Source: Octopus vulgaris (taxonomy: Eukaryota). Taken from it: a stretch of 64,000 bases of DNA. Below the pieces are notes generated by a model. The model had not been told where the DNA came from. It worked only from the letters and a program-made list of their open reading frames with translations, and did no database searches. Position 1 is the stretch's first letter. Each line of letters starts with the position of its first letter. The stretch spans positions 72,540,001-72,604,000 of the forward strand of contig OX597828.1 of assembly GCA_951406725.2 (NCBI GenBank), in the 5' to 3' direction. The position numbers and the translations under genes were made by a program. Shown one piece after another: positions 45,620 through 59,699 of the stretch.

Positions 45620-45701
45620 TAGCTTACAACTGTTTCTGCTGAATGATGCTGTGGACTCATAGTTCAGTGCCTGAATAACATGTCATAGCTTCATCGGAGC
45701 C
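45620..45701 (-). ncRNA. degenerate hammerhead-like motif
   Basis: GCT-CCGATGA-A-GCT-ATGA...TCAT-TC-AGC-A-GAAA-CAGTTG-TA-AGC; U4>C change. Confidence 0.4.
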
Positions 45702-46070
45702 TCGAATACACATAATAATAAGAAATGAAGCTGAAATTGCACACAAGAAATTTGAAATATATTTTTTATTTAATTTTATTTTAAAATATAGGAATACACC
45801 TGATCAGTTTCACAACAGGTTTTCAAAAGTGTATAAGTTTAAGGTGATGTGTCAGGTATTGTGTCTATTCTGGCTGTTGTTATTTAAAAAAAAAATAGTT
45901 TGTTTTTAAAGTAAGAATGTGACTCAGAACGCTATCCATTGACGTAAAAATTCATTGGTCAACGTTCACGTGTTAGACTCACGTGACAGTCGCACGAGAC
46001 GAGAATGTCACATCAATGAAACTGTGATTGTAGCTAATTCTTTCTTATTTTCGAAATTAATTGAAACATA

Positions 46071-46483
46071 GGCGCAGGAGTGGCTGTGTGGTAAGTAGCT
46101 TGTCTACCAACCACATGGTTCCGGGTTCCGTCCCACTGCGTGGCACCTTGGGCAAGTGTCTTCTACTATAGCCTCGGGCCGACCAAAGCCTTGTGAGTGG
46201 ATTTGGTAGACGAAAACTGAAAGAAGGCCGTCGTATATATTTATATATATATATATATATGCGTGTGCGTGTTTGTGTGTCTGTGTTTGTCCCCCTAGCA
46301 TTGCTTGACAACCGATGCTGGTGTGTTTATGTCCCCGTTACTTGGCGGTTCGGCAAAAGAGACCGATACAATAAGTACTGGGCTTACAAAAGAATAAGTC
46401 CCGGGGTCGATTTGCTCGATTAAAGGCTTTGCTCCAGCATGGCCGCAGTCAAATGACTGAAACAAGTAAAAGAGTAAAAGAGT
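46071..46483 (+). mobile_element. full-length SINE (family B; tRNA head, CORE-like GTGGCACCTTGGGCAAGTG)
   Basis: A box TGGCTGTGTGG, B-box-like GGTTCCGTCCC, internal TA/TG tract, AAGAGT-repeat tail; many copies in the window. Confidence 0.9.
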
Positions 46484-46637
46484 ATAAGCGATGTGCTTTA
46501 ACAGAAATATGGTGACAGATGGGTTCAGAAGAAAATGGAGGACTTTAGACTTGGTCTTTATCTTAATGAAGCCATACGTAAAGATAAGATATGGATGGCG
46601 GCCATTTCACACAATCGTGGAGGTGACCGGTTCTGTA

Positions 46638-47010
46638 TTCTTTTATTCTTTTTCATTGTTTCAGGCATTGTACTGCGGCCATGCTGGAGCACCGCTTTTA
46701 GTCGAACAAATAAGACCCTAGGACTTTTTTCTTTGTAAATCTAGTACCTCTAAGTTACGGAAATGTAAACACACCAGCATCGGTTGTCAAGCGATGGTCC
46801 GGGAGACAAAAGCAGACGCACAAACACACACACATACACACACAAATATATACGACGGGCTTCTTTCAGTTTCCGTCTACCAAATCCACCCACAAGGCCT
46901 TGGTCGGCCCGGGACTATAGTAGAAGGCACTTGCTCAAGGTGCTACGCAGTGGGACTGAACCCGGAACCGTGTGGCTGGTAAGCAAGCTACTTACCACAC
47001 AGCCACTCCT
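46638..47010 (-). mobile_element. SINE (family B), inverted relative to its neighbour
   Basis: Reverse complement of the 46071-46483 sequence with a small deletion. Confidence 0.88.
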
Positions 47011-47391
47011 GTTTAATATACACACACACAAATACATACATTCACACATACAGACACATACATATACATTCATACGTATATGTGTGTATGTGTGTGTTTG
47101 TTTGTTAGCAAAATAGCTAGTTGTAAAATCTCGAGATCCGAGAAGTAACTATGCTAACAAGTAAAGTTTATCCCGACATCAAAGTGGCTGTTCCTTGTTA
47201 CTACTAGTTTAACCCCAGGCTGATCCTCCGCCAGATGTCTATCGGTGCGGTCCTGCACCCTCTATATTGCTTGCAGGGGGCGGGGTCGAACCCCATAACA
47301 TCCTCTAGCAGACAACAAGATCGCAAGACTGCCTCAGTTTCGAGCTGGTTGGCTTGTCTTCACTCACCAGTGATATACATATATACGTACA

Positions 47392-47453
<62 letters not shown>

Positions 47454-47596
47454 CATATATATATATGCATATATATATATAATGCATATATATATATGTG
47501 TATATATATATAAATGTATGTGTGTATATACCTATATACATACATATATATATTTAGATGTATATATACAAACATATATATATATATATATACACA

Positions 47597-47664
<68 letters not shown>

Positions 47665-47670
47665 TTCATG

Positions 47671-47746
<76 letters not shown>

Positions 47747-47765
47747 ATATATACATATATTCATG

Positions 47766-47810
<45 letters not shown>

Positions 47811-49224
47811 CTGTATATATATATGTATATACACAGACATGTATATGCATGTATATATATATGTGTATATATATATATATATATGTGTGTGAGTGTGTGT
47901 GTGTGTATGTATGTACGTATTTATGCACATACTCTTTTCGTTATCCACACAAAGATTTATGAAGGAGAGCCATCGAAATGAACCGACATAGAAGTTATAT
48001 ATCAGCGAATGTATTTGTAATGAAATAAAGGACGTAGAAGAAAATCAAGATTGATGTATTCTCCGGATAAAAGAAACGTTTAAGAAACCATTTCTCGCGT
48101 CCACTTTAGAATAATTGCTTCCCATATTCAACGCCATTGTCGAAAATTGGACTTTATTCATATATCTTGCAAGAAATCAATAAGCTTCTGTGGAGGATTT
48201 TAACATGGTGGAAACTTGAATTTTGGAAGTTCTAATTATTTTGCAATGGTTAATACCATGAACACAGGTTGTGCGCCACACGAAATAATGATTTCTAATT
48301 AACGTACAAAACCTGCAGTTTTGAAGGTGGTTTACATCGACCTTAGTATGTGATCGCTACTTTTTCGACCTCCTGTGGGATATAAAAACAAGGAGTTGGT
48401 TTTGGCAGGATTTGAACTTGGAACTGGAAGAGTCGCAGTAAATACTACGAAGCAGTGAATTGATGATTTGAAACAACTCCCAAATGGTTCTCAGCCATAG
48501 TCAAGCCGGAGAGAATCTACTAGAAACTGGCCATGAAATTAGTAGACGGGCGGAGGTATGAAAGGGATTAAGGAAATGTTGACGAAATTAGTTAGAGGAG
48601 AGCAATTAATTAGAATTCAAAAATAACTAAATTAGATTGAGATACTGAAATTAGAAAATCAAAACTGGTTTACCCGTACCCGTATGAGTATGTAGTTCAG
48701 GGTTGGAGGAGATGGAGGTGGCGAGAATTTGGAGCATTCAGGAAAGGAGAGGGAGAGGGAGAGAGAGAGAGAGTCGAGTATTGATTTCAATATCTAAATT
48801 TAAATGTTGCTCTCCAGATAAAGTCAAACTTGAAATATAAATCGAACTTACTGCCAAAAATAAGATTTCAGGTATAAATACTCTAGACATCCGAGTGACA
48901 AACTACAATTTCGAGAATGCATTAGAAATTGTGCGAAGGGCTTGGCGAAGGGAAGAGCTTTGGTAAGAAACTCTAAAAAATCCCGGAAAACTACTAACTC
49001 CATTTCCTACCCCAGACCCTACACCGATGCAGAGAAGGATTAGTAACGATTGAAGACGGATCTGTTGCAAACAGAAGAACTATTAAAAAGTTGCCTTAAG
49101 GGCGTAGATAATATATTCTATGACGTTGTTGATATATTTGCTTCACATTTGGTATAAAATGGTGCTGCTTGTCGTAGATTTCCCAAGCTTCAGTTACCGG
49201 TTCAATGTGTTTATGACAGTGACA

Positions 49225-49353
49225 AGCTTACTTGCTAACTACATGATTTCGAGTTCAGTCCCACTACGTGACGCTTTGCGCAAGCGTCTTCTACTATACC
49301 CTCAGGTCGACCAAAGCCTTCTGAGTGGATTTCGTAACTGAAAGAAACCCGTC

Positions 49354-49410
<57 letters not shown>

Positions 49411-49440
49411 CATACATATATATATATATACATACATACA

Positions 49441-49496
<56 letters not shown>

Positions 49497-49735
49497 CCAA
49501 CACATGCTTATGTGTGTGTGTATGTGTCTTTGTGTACGCGTTTGTTCCGTATCCACCAGTTGACAGCCGATGTTGATGTGTTTACGTCCTCATGACATAA
49601 CGGTTCGGCCTAAAGGACCGAAAAAAATAAGTATCAGGCTCAAAAACGAATGTACTTCGGTCAATTCATTTGACTAAAAGTTCTTCGAGGTGATGCCCCA
49701 GCATGGCCGTAATCTAATGACTGAAACAACTAAAC
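49225..49735 (+). mobile_element. older family B SINE with expanded internal microsatellite
   Basis: CGACCAAAGCCTT..GAGTGGATTT and GCCCCAGCATGGCCG..ATGACTGAAACAA. Confidence 0.75.
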
Positions 49736-49757
49736 GACGAAAGGCATATATGCACTC

Positions 49758-49789
<32 letters not shown>

Positions 49790-50344
49790 GTATGTATGTA
49801 TGTATGTATGTATGTGTGTATGTATGTGTGTATGTATGTATGTTGTATGTATGTATGTATGTGTGTGTGTGTGCGTGTGTGCGTGTGTGTGTGTGTGTGT
49901 GTGTGCGGGTGGGTGTGTATAGTGAAAGTAGAAGACTGTGTGTCTACAGAGGGAAGAGGAAATATCATTATCTGTTCGACTATTTTCCGTTTCCACAGAA
50001 AGAAATAAAGTAATTGACTGTTTTATCATGTTCTTTTTCTTTTTTTTGCGGTGCAGCCATAAAGTTCCAAGCAATTCCTCTCTTTACTGACCAATTTGGG
50101 TTTTTTCCTTTCTTTCTTTCGGCACAATAATCAATATAAATGACAAGCACATTAAGATTTCTAGAACAAACCCGGCCCCACCCCGCTGCCTGCTATATTT
50201 GTTCCATCGAACAGCGATTGAAAAGTTTACTGCCATTAAAACACACAGGTTTTGACGTTAACGCATCCAGAATTAGAATTTCGGTAAAATTTCAAAGTAG
50301 CTTTTATAGTAGCTGGAATATGGAATATGATCTTGTGATTGTGT

Positions 50345-50349
<5 letters not shown>

Positions 50350-50411
<62 letters not shown>

Positions 50412-50825
50412 TAGAGATAGGGAAAGAGAGAGACTCAGAGAGTGAGACGGAATGAAATAAAGTGATAGAGAGAGTGGGTGGAGAGATAGATTTTGAGTGG
50501 GTGGAGAGATTGAAAGAGAGAGCGAAAGGGAGATAAAGAGAGATAGAGATGGATGATAAAGTGAAAGAGAGAGAGGGAGAGAGAGAGAGAGAGCACGAGA
50601 GAGGGAAAGGAAGAAAGAGAAAAATATATAGAGAAAGAGAGATAAAAAGAGAGAGAATGGCAGAGTCAAGCAGAAAGAGGGATAGAGTAAAAGGGAGGGT
50701 GTGAGAGAGACAGAAAGAGAGAGAAAGGGACAGAAATAGACAGAGGGAGAGAGGAGAGAGTGTGACTGAGAGAGAGAGAGACTGAGATAGAGAGAAACTG
50801 AGAGACAGAGAGAAAGAGAGAGAAC

Positions 50826-50869
<44 letters not shown>

Positions 50870-51015
50870 AGAAAGACAAACGGACAGAAACAAAGAAAAA
50901 AATGAGAGAGAGATAGAAGAAAGAGAGAGTGGGAGAGAGAGAGATGGAAATAGAGAAAAAATTCGCATAAGATAGATGAAGAGAGAGACAGAGAGAGAGA
51001 TATAGAGACAGAGGG
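50350..51015. repeat. GA-rich polypurine tract
   Basis: Direct reading. Confidence 0.9.
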
Positions 51016-51018
51016 ATA

Positions 51019-52645
51019 CAGTTGCGGCCAAAATGTTCAGAACGGCATTGTTTTCGTCAGAAAAGTAAGTATAAGTTTTTATCAAAGTTGTTTTATATTC
51101 TATACTTTTCACAAACAATAAATACAATATTAATTGTTATTGTCTGAGATTTTGGGTGTAATTTGAGTGGATAATACAAAAGTTATGGATGATTTAGTGA
51201 TTTACTGCAAAACCCATGGCGGCCAAAATGATCAGAACGGTTGAAAAAATAACAAAATAATTAAAAATGACAGAGAATACTGGAATTATTTAATATTTAG
51301 TGTGAATCCCTTTAGCTTCAATCACACTCTGACATCTTCGACTACATGACGAAATTAAATTTTCAATTTCTTGCTGGGTGATCTTATTCCATTCTTCCTG
51401 AAGGGCATTCCATAATTGCTCTGTTGTTTTAGGATTTCTGGCTTTCGAACGTTCTCCTAGAATATTCCATACATTTTCAATAAGATTGAGATCTGGGCTT
51501 TGAGCAGGCCAATCCATAACAATAACCTTTTCAGCCTTGAGGAAGTTCATGACCACCTTAGCCTTGTGACATGGGGCATTGTCCTGCATGAATATGGGTG
51601 GTCGCTTAGTTGAATTTCTCAGCACAGGCAAGACATGATCTTTTACAAGTTGTTTATAAACTCCTGCATTTACCTTTCCATGTAATCGCACTAAAGGGCC
51701 CACACCATCTCCAGATATCATTCCCCAAAACCATGACACTTCCTCCCCCGAATTTAACACTAGTCTTAAGGCATTTAGGCGACAATTTTTCACCTACTTT
51801 TCGACGAACGTACCTTTTCCCATCTGAGCCAAATAACATAAACTTAGATTCATCACTGAAATGCACCGTTTGCCATTTTTCTTGAGACCACAACACATGT
51901 TCGGTTGCAAAGGTAAGACGACACTTTTTATTCTTGGAGCTGATCAGTGGCTTCACTGCAGGTGCTCTTGCTTGTAGGTCATGTTCAACTAAACGACGAG
52001 ACACAGTTTTTCGAGATAAAGTTTTCTTCAATACAATGCTCATTTTCCGAGAAACAGCAGCAGCAGTTTTAAATCTGTCCTTTTTAACCAACTTTACCAT
52101 AGCACGATCTTCTCTCTTGGTCGTTTTTCTTGGCCTACCTGTAAACTTTCTTGCTTCACACGAACCACAATTATCGTAGACCTTAAGAATACCATGTACA
52201 ACACTTTTTGACTTGTTAACAATATTTGCAATAGATCCAATACTTAAATTATCATTCCTTTGAAGCTTAATAATCTGCTGACGAATTGGTAACGGAGTAA
52301 GTGGCATTATATTAACAAAGTACACTGCAAATATTCTTACTAATGTTTAGTAAACGAACCGTCACGTAAGCAAATTCAAAACATTAGAGTTCGCCGGTTA
52401 ATTATACTAAAACACGGAGTAAAAGCAACCGTTCTGATCATTTTGGCCGCCATGGGTTTTGCAGTAAATCACTAAATCATCCGTAACTTTTTATCCTCTC
52501 AAATTACATTAAAATCTCAGGCAATAACAAATATTATCGTATTTATTGTCTGTGAAAATTATAGAATATAAACAACTTTGATAAAAAAATTATATCTACT
52601 TTTCTGACGCAAACAATTCCGTTCTGAACATTTTGGCCGCCACTG
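51019..52645 (-). mobile_element. full-length Tc1-family DNA transposon (IR/DR type, 1627 bp)
   Basis: TA TSD at 51017-51018 and 52646-52647; CAGT...ACTG ends; TIRs 51019-51243 and 52426-52645, each with outer and inner GCGGCCAAAATG(T/A)TCAGAACGG direct repeats. Confidence 0.96.
51290..52307 (-). pseudogene. Tc1 DD34E transposase (about 338 aa) with a single +1 frameshift
   Basis: ORFs 51654-52325 and 51290-51793 join at GGGSVMV/WG by removing one base at 51727-51730; GRPRK, FSDES, QDNAPCH and WPAQSPDLNLIENVW motifs; 34 residues between the second D and E. Confidence 0.93.
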
Positions 52646-52673
52646 TATACTCGTATATATATATATATATATA

Positions 52674-53106
52674 TTCTTTTATTCTTTTACTTGTTACGGT
52701 CATCGAACTGTGGCCATGCTGGAACACAGATTTTTCCGGAAAGGTGTGACCGGACAATTGGATCCTAGACTTATTCTTTTCGAGTAGGGTACTTAGTCTG
52801 TAAGTTCTCTGTTGCCGAAACGCTAAGTTACAGGAAACGTAAACAAACCAGCACAAGTTGTAAAAGGAACGGGAGATAATCACAAACATACACGCGTGCG
52901 CACACACATACACAGACACATGCACGCACACAATACTGACACATACATATATACATGCATACATACATACACACACACATAATATATATATGTATGTATA
53001 TATGTATGTATCTCTCTCTGCCCCTCTCTCTCTATATATATGTATATATACATATATACATATACATAACCATAACTATACATGCATATATATATGTGAA
53101 TATACA

Positions 53107-53177
<71 letters not shown>

Positions 53178-53441
53178 TTACATTCATACATACACGTAGG
53201 CACTCATATGGACAAAAACATATGTGTGCACGCTCGTGCATGTGTGCATGTGTGTATGTGTATATGTGTATATGTGTGTATGACGGGATTCCATCCGGTT
53301 TCCGTCTCTGAAATTTATTCACAAAGTATTAGTCAAACCGAAACTATTGTAGAAGATCCTTATCGAAGATGCAACGCAGTAGGACCGAACCCCAAACCAC
53401 AAGGATGCGAAACGAAATTCGTATCCATACGTCCATGCTTG
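52674..53441 (-). mobile_element. old family B SINE with about 400-bp expanded internal microsatellite
   Basis: Tail at 52674-52890 and head at 53280-53441 in colinear order. Confidence 0.65.
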
Positions 53442-53548
53442 CAAATATAAAAATAAAGTGCCAAACACCGGTTACCAAAACCTTGCAAAATTAAAGTATT
53501 ATGCGTCAAGGATAATTGTTTTAAATCTTAATTTTAATTTTGTAATTA

Positions 53549-53957
53549 AGGCGGTCAGCTGGCAGAATCATTAACGCGACGAGCAAAATGGCGAACGGCA
53601 TTTCGTCCGTCTGCATTGAGTTCAAATTCCACCGAGGTCGACTTTTCCTTTCATCATTTCGAGGTCGATAAATTAAATAGCAGTTTCCTACTGGGATCAA
53701 TATAATCGACTGGACCCTCCCCAAAATTTCGGGCCTTGTGTGCCTAGAGTAGAAAAACAATATCAATTTTGTAATTAAGACAGAGTGGTTAACGACATTT
53801 CGTCTGTCTTTATTTGAGTAAAAAGGTCGAATTTGCCCTTCATCCTTTCTGAGTTAAAAAAAATAAGTACCAGTTGATCACTGAGGGGTGGGGGGTTCAT
53901 TTAATCGACTTACCCATCCTTAGAAATTGCTGGCCTTGTGTCAAAATTTGAAACCAA
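53549..53957 (+). mobile_element. two degenerate family A SINEs
   Basis: GGCGGTCAGCTGGCAGAA head and core motifs. Confidence 0.75.
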
Positions 53958-54566
53958 TTTTAATTTAGTAATTAAACAAAGCCGTATCAATGTTAATACA
54001 GATATGTGCCAAAAGAAATATATATATACAGGTGTGTGGTAGTGGTGGTGGTGGTATGTGTGTGTGTGTGTGTGTGAGAGAGAAAGAGTAATTTATTGTA
54101 AATTATTCATTATATATTTATCGTATTATTCGATCATGGAGACTTTCTATTTTTTGGGGGAGAAGTCATAATTTTTGTGCGAATTTTGATTAAATTTTCG
54201 TATAATTATTTTTTCATGTCACTTCATTTCCATTTTGTCTTAGATATGTATTTGCACATGCAGCAGTGGAAGCGCATGGTTAGTGCATTCGGTTCGAGAT
54301 CGTAAGGTCATGAGTTCGTTTCCCGACAGCGCGTTGTGACCTTGAGCAAGACACTTTATTTCACGTTGCTTCACTCCACTTACCTCAGGGGTTTACCCAA
54401 TACTCTTGTAGAATACAAGTTTATTCTTAAAGAAGAATATTGTTGACAGTGACTTCAAAATTTTGGTCAGTTAAGCCTTTGTCGTCAGTCAGACTGACAA
54501 TGGTCTAAATGGCTGAAACCCCGAAGTTACTCTCAACAATATTCATGCTTAAAGATATAAACACAC

Positions 54567-54960
54567 ATGTATGTATGTATGTATGTATGTATGTATGTAT
54601 GTATGTATGTATTTATGTGTGTATGTATGTGTGTATGTATGCATGTATGTATTTATGTATGTATGTACGTATGTATGTATGTATGTATTTATGTATGCAT
54701 ATATGTTTGTATGTATGTATGTATGTATGTATGTTTGTATGTATGTATGTATGTATGTATGTATGCATGCATGTATGCATGCATGTATGTATGTATGCAT
54801 GTATGTTTGTATGTATGTATGTATGTATGTATGTATTTATGTATTTATGTATTTATGTATGTATGTATGTATTTATGTATGTATGTATGTATGTATGTAT
54901 GTATGTATGTATGCATGTATGTATGTATGTATGTATGTATGCATGTATGTATGTACGTAT
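54567..54960. repeat. (TATG)n microsatellite
   Basis: Direct reading. Confidence 0.95.
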
Positions 54961-55334
54961 TCGTCCTTGTCCGCCGGTTTTATGATAAAGTAATCTCGTC
55001 GACGGACGTTGCGAAGAGCTGAGATTCCTTTCCGAAAGATGTTGAGACATCAAAATCATTTTCCAAAGTGAAAACGGTTCCCTGCATTCTTGCACCCTTT
55101 CACAAACGAGTCTCAGCCGAACTGGCTTAATGGTGGGGTCCAGTTGAATGGATGGCGACTCAGCTCCGAAATTCAGTCCTAATTGTTATGAGGTTGCACA
55201 GACCCTTGAAAGAAGGCACAGAATTGTTTGACGTCCATGCGGATCCGGAATTCGTCGAAGTGAATTATGGGAAGTACCAAGTAATAATACCTACCGAGGA
55301 GCGTGCGTTATACATACATACATACATACATACA

Positions 55335-55366
<32 letters not shown>

Positions 55367-55596
55367 GGCGGCGAGCTGGCAGAAACGTTAGCACGCTGGG
55401 CGAAATGCGTAGCCGTATTTCGTTTGCCGTTACGTCCTGGGTTCAAATTCCGCCGAGGTCGACTTTGCCTTTCATCCTTTCGGGGTCGATAAATTAAGTA
55501 CCAGTTACGTACTGGGGTCGATGTAATCGACTTAATCCGTTTGTCTGTCCTTGTTTGTCCCCTCTGTGTTTAGCCCCTTGTGGGTAGTAAAGAAAT
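55367..55596 (+). mobile_element. young family A SINE in (ATAC)n
   Basis: Near-identical to 19750-19980. Confidence 0.92.
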
Positions 55597-57687
55597 ATAC
55601 ATACATACATACATATATACATACATACATACATACACACATACATAAACGCATATTAACACACACACATGAAAAATAGGAACGGACAACCGCTGTTAAG
55701 TACAACACATTTCGTCAAATTATGTGTGAAATTACGTAACGGTAAAGGAATAATCTGCTGCTTCATCAGTACATCACCACTTATTATCCAATCAATTTTT
55801 GCATTGTGTATGAAAAGTTATGAGAGAAAAATAAATGAATACGTCCAGATGCGGTAGATGTGGAAGGAATGCCAGAAGTCAGTTTTTTCTGACATTCTAA
55901 CGATTCCACATACACAACACCCAAATGTGTTTGAGCAGACATTTACTTCATCAGAGCTGGCAGAGGAATCAGCAACAAAAACAACAACAATTATAAAACC
56001 AACAGCAATGCTATGGATGTCTGTAGCAGCAGCAGCAGCAGCAGCAGCCATCTTGTGTATGTAACTGAAGTTACAAAAAAATAAGGATTCTTGTTCTTTC
56101 GTTTAGCTGACGAAGCTCTATTTTTATCATTGAAAACTACGGTTACACTTTCCCTTTGTGTGTGAAAAGTCAGACTTTGTGACAATTTGATTGATATCTT
56201 GTGCAAAAGAATGATTTTTATCTATTTCTGTGAATGACCCAAAAATAACCTGATATCTAATTGATATAATGTAATATATCGATGTTTAGTTGCCGCGGAA
56301 AAATATAAAATACAATACATTAGAATGCAATAAAATAAAACATGGGCGATTCTTTCATTCAAAACATGGCTTCCAGAGAGATACGAGTCCGAGATTTTAT
56401 CTGTCACTAAAAGCCCGGAACAGCTGATTTTTTTTTATATATAACTTTCAAATCAAATCGATGTTTGCTATCGAATTACACATCTTTAATAGTTTTATTA
56501 ATATAACATACTAAAATACTTGGTTGATTTATTACCGGGCTGGCCACCATTTTGTCTCATCTCCATTTCTACACATTTACACCGTTTACACCTCGGTTAA
56601 GTTTCCTGTTTTTTCACATTCGCCCTTTTCCGACTTGATCCTCGTGAGTTTTCTGTTCGGTATGGTTTTGCTTCAGTAGACTTCTGCTGTTACGGCGTGG
56701 ACGATACACCTGTGCATGGATGTGGATTGGTGAGTCTATATTGGTGTATTCGATTGAGAGAGAGAGATAGAGAGAAAGAGAGAGAAAAGAGCGAGAGAGA
56801 GAGAGAGGGGGAGAGGAAGTGAGAGACAGAGGAACATACAAAAGAAGAGGGACATACAGCGAAAGAGGCGGAGAAGGCAAGCAAAGATGTATAGAAGAAC
56901 GAGAGTAAGATTCAGAAAGAGGGAGAGAGAGAGAGAGAGAAAGAAGAAGTATGACGGAGACATTGTGTGTGCGTATGTGAGGAAGAGACAAAATGATAGA
57001 CACAGAGATGGTGTTGGAAACATAGAACGTACGTAAAGGGTACATGCACACACATACTTACATACATACGCGCATACGTACATACATATATACACACATA
57101 CATACATACATGCATACACACATACAAGGTGCAATAGTTAAATTGTCGCCATTTTATATTTTTAATTTCGTGCATGCACATTGTTTGTTTTTGGTTTTAC
57201 AACTACACAGAATAGTAGGGTCAGCACCATGACACAATTCACTCAGCCAAAAGTTTGGAAACGACATCCTACAGATTGGTAGAGAGACAGATAGAGAGAT
57301 ATTGATGTTGATGACGCTAGAAAACTGGAAACAAATATTTAAAAACATTTTCAAAGACGTGAATCTAATATAAAAAGCAATTTCTTTTTTTATGACCAAT
57401 AGATATAAGAGATACAATCAATTTCTGAAAGTTACTTCGCAAAAACTTACCCCACTTTCCATGTAACCCGAGAACGGGTGTTTTCTGTCCCCAGGGGTCC
57501 CATTACTCATTATGTGAAAAGTTTTAAGAGTCTAAAACCACCCCTGGAACGTAAGTAATGCATGCTCCTAGTTTGGAGACAATCAATTGAAAATTACGGC
57601 CGTAATAATCTTTTACACACACAGATACATAATGGGATTAATATTAAAGATATGTACGTGTATATGTGCATATATATATATGTAACT

Positions 57688-57724
<37 letters not shown>

Positions 57725-58456
57725 CATATATATATATGGACATACATGCATATACATGTACATATATACATACAATCATATATATACATACATATATACA
57801 TATATATGTGTGTGTGTGCATGGCGAGAAAGTGCGAAAAAGAGAAAGATGGATGGGGAGAGAGAGAGGAGTTATTTATTTACTAAAACGTTACATAAAAT
57901 AGGCATTCAGTTGTGTGGGAGGGAGTGGGCGAAAGCGAGAAAGAAAGGAGGAGAGAGAGAGAGAGCAGGTGGGTGGGGGATGGAAAATGCTTTTAATTTT
58001 TACTCTAAAAAAAACCCAAGTGATTTTATCTTTTTTTCTTTTCTTGTTCAAATCCTGTGTGATCCTCACGGATATATTTCAGCAAGCAACGTGTTTCCTT
58101 TTCAACGAATGAATATATGATACGTTCTCATAAGTTCAGCTTTCCCTTTCTGAACGCAGAGTGTAAAGTTACAAAGTTCATTTGATGCAGAGTAGAGTTA
58201 CTTCAGCAGCAAAAACAAAAATAACAGCCATATACACAAAACCTGCACAAAATAGCGCTTGTCAATTAGATTTCAGAAGTGCACGTATATTTCTGCTTTG
58301 CTTGAGATGTCGTTGAATACAATCTATAGAATCGTATTGAATACTGAGTCGATGTTTTTGCTGTCTTGCCACTCAAACTAACCGATTGGTATTTACCAAA
58401 TAAAAGCAAATGAATGCATCCATACAAGCATAGATACATACGCACACTCATACACA

Positions 58457-58531
<75 letters not shown>

Positions 58532-59699
58532 ATGTACGAAAATAAATATACATATCGATAAAAACATATATATATTTAGATACATGTAAGTACGTAAACA
58601 TGTACATTAATATACATACGTATACACACACACATGTACAAATATGTATGCAAATATATGCATACATGCATATATACATACACACATACATATATATATG
58701 CGTATATGTGTGCTTACATGTATGTATGTATACACACACACATATAAATACATATATATGTGTGTATGGGTGTGTGTGTATTCGTGTATATATGTGTATA
58801 TAATTATCTACACAACCATTTATTTATATATGTGCGTGTGGATGTGGGAGTGTAGACATGTATGTACACAAATACACACATACTCACCCACACATCTTTA
58901 CAGTTATCCCCGCCCATTCCACACACACACACACTTATACTATTCACATCTCAGTCGAAGTGTATATATGTATACGCAGTCACGTGTTTGATCGAGTCAA
59001 TGCATATATAATTATGAAGAAGTCATAATTCCAGTGTTTCGTTGTTTTTTCTGCCTTTGTCGATGTATCATTTACACAAACAGAATCTCAGAATATCCAA
59101 TAATGAAAGAATGCATTTTATGATGGGAAAATGTGCACATTCTAAACCGATTCCATAGCAGTTAGAAGAGATGAAAGACAATAACATTAAACAGACAGAA
59201 TCAACAACAACAACAACATCAGCAACAACAAAAACAGCAACAGCATAACACACAGGTAATGCCTTAAAATACAGGTAATGTCGAAGTTCTGTTTGTTAAT
59301 GGGAAAATAATTAGAAAAAAAATCAATCTCGGTATAGTTGCAGGTTTGTGTATCATCTTTGATTTCTAGGATAAGCACACGTCCACCGAATGTTCGTGTA
59401 TGACCTGTTTAGCGTGTTCTCTATGATTTATCGTTAACTTATCAACGTTCAACAGTTACATTAACGCATTTCCACTACTTCACTTGCTCACTCGCTCGCT
59501 TCATAATTTTCACAGCAGTCGCCATATTGTTAATCACTTTTTGTTTCACATACCGTTCATTAATGTCATCTATCTTACTAATCGCTTAATTGACATTTTC
59601 AATATTGCAGACTAAACTCATTTTCAACATTCTTCATCAATCATCAAATTTTAATCAAATTGTTTCATCTAATCGTCAAAATGGTTTTAAAATCTTTTA

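Noticed and set aside
48470-49100. Possible LINE ORF1 remnant; similar weak LINE-like pieces at 11140-11460 and 14980-15240
   Set aside because: No diagnostic motif; would need a BLASTX hit.
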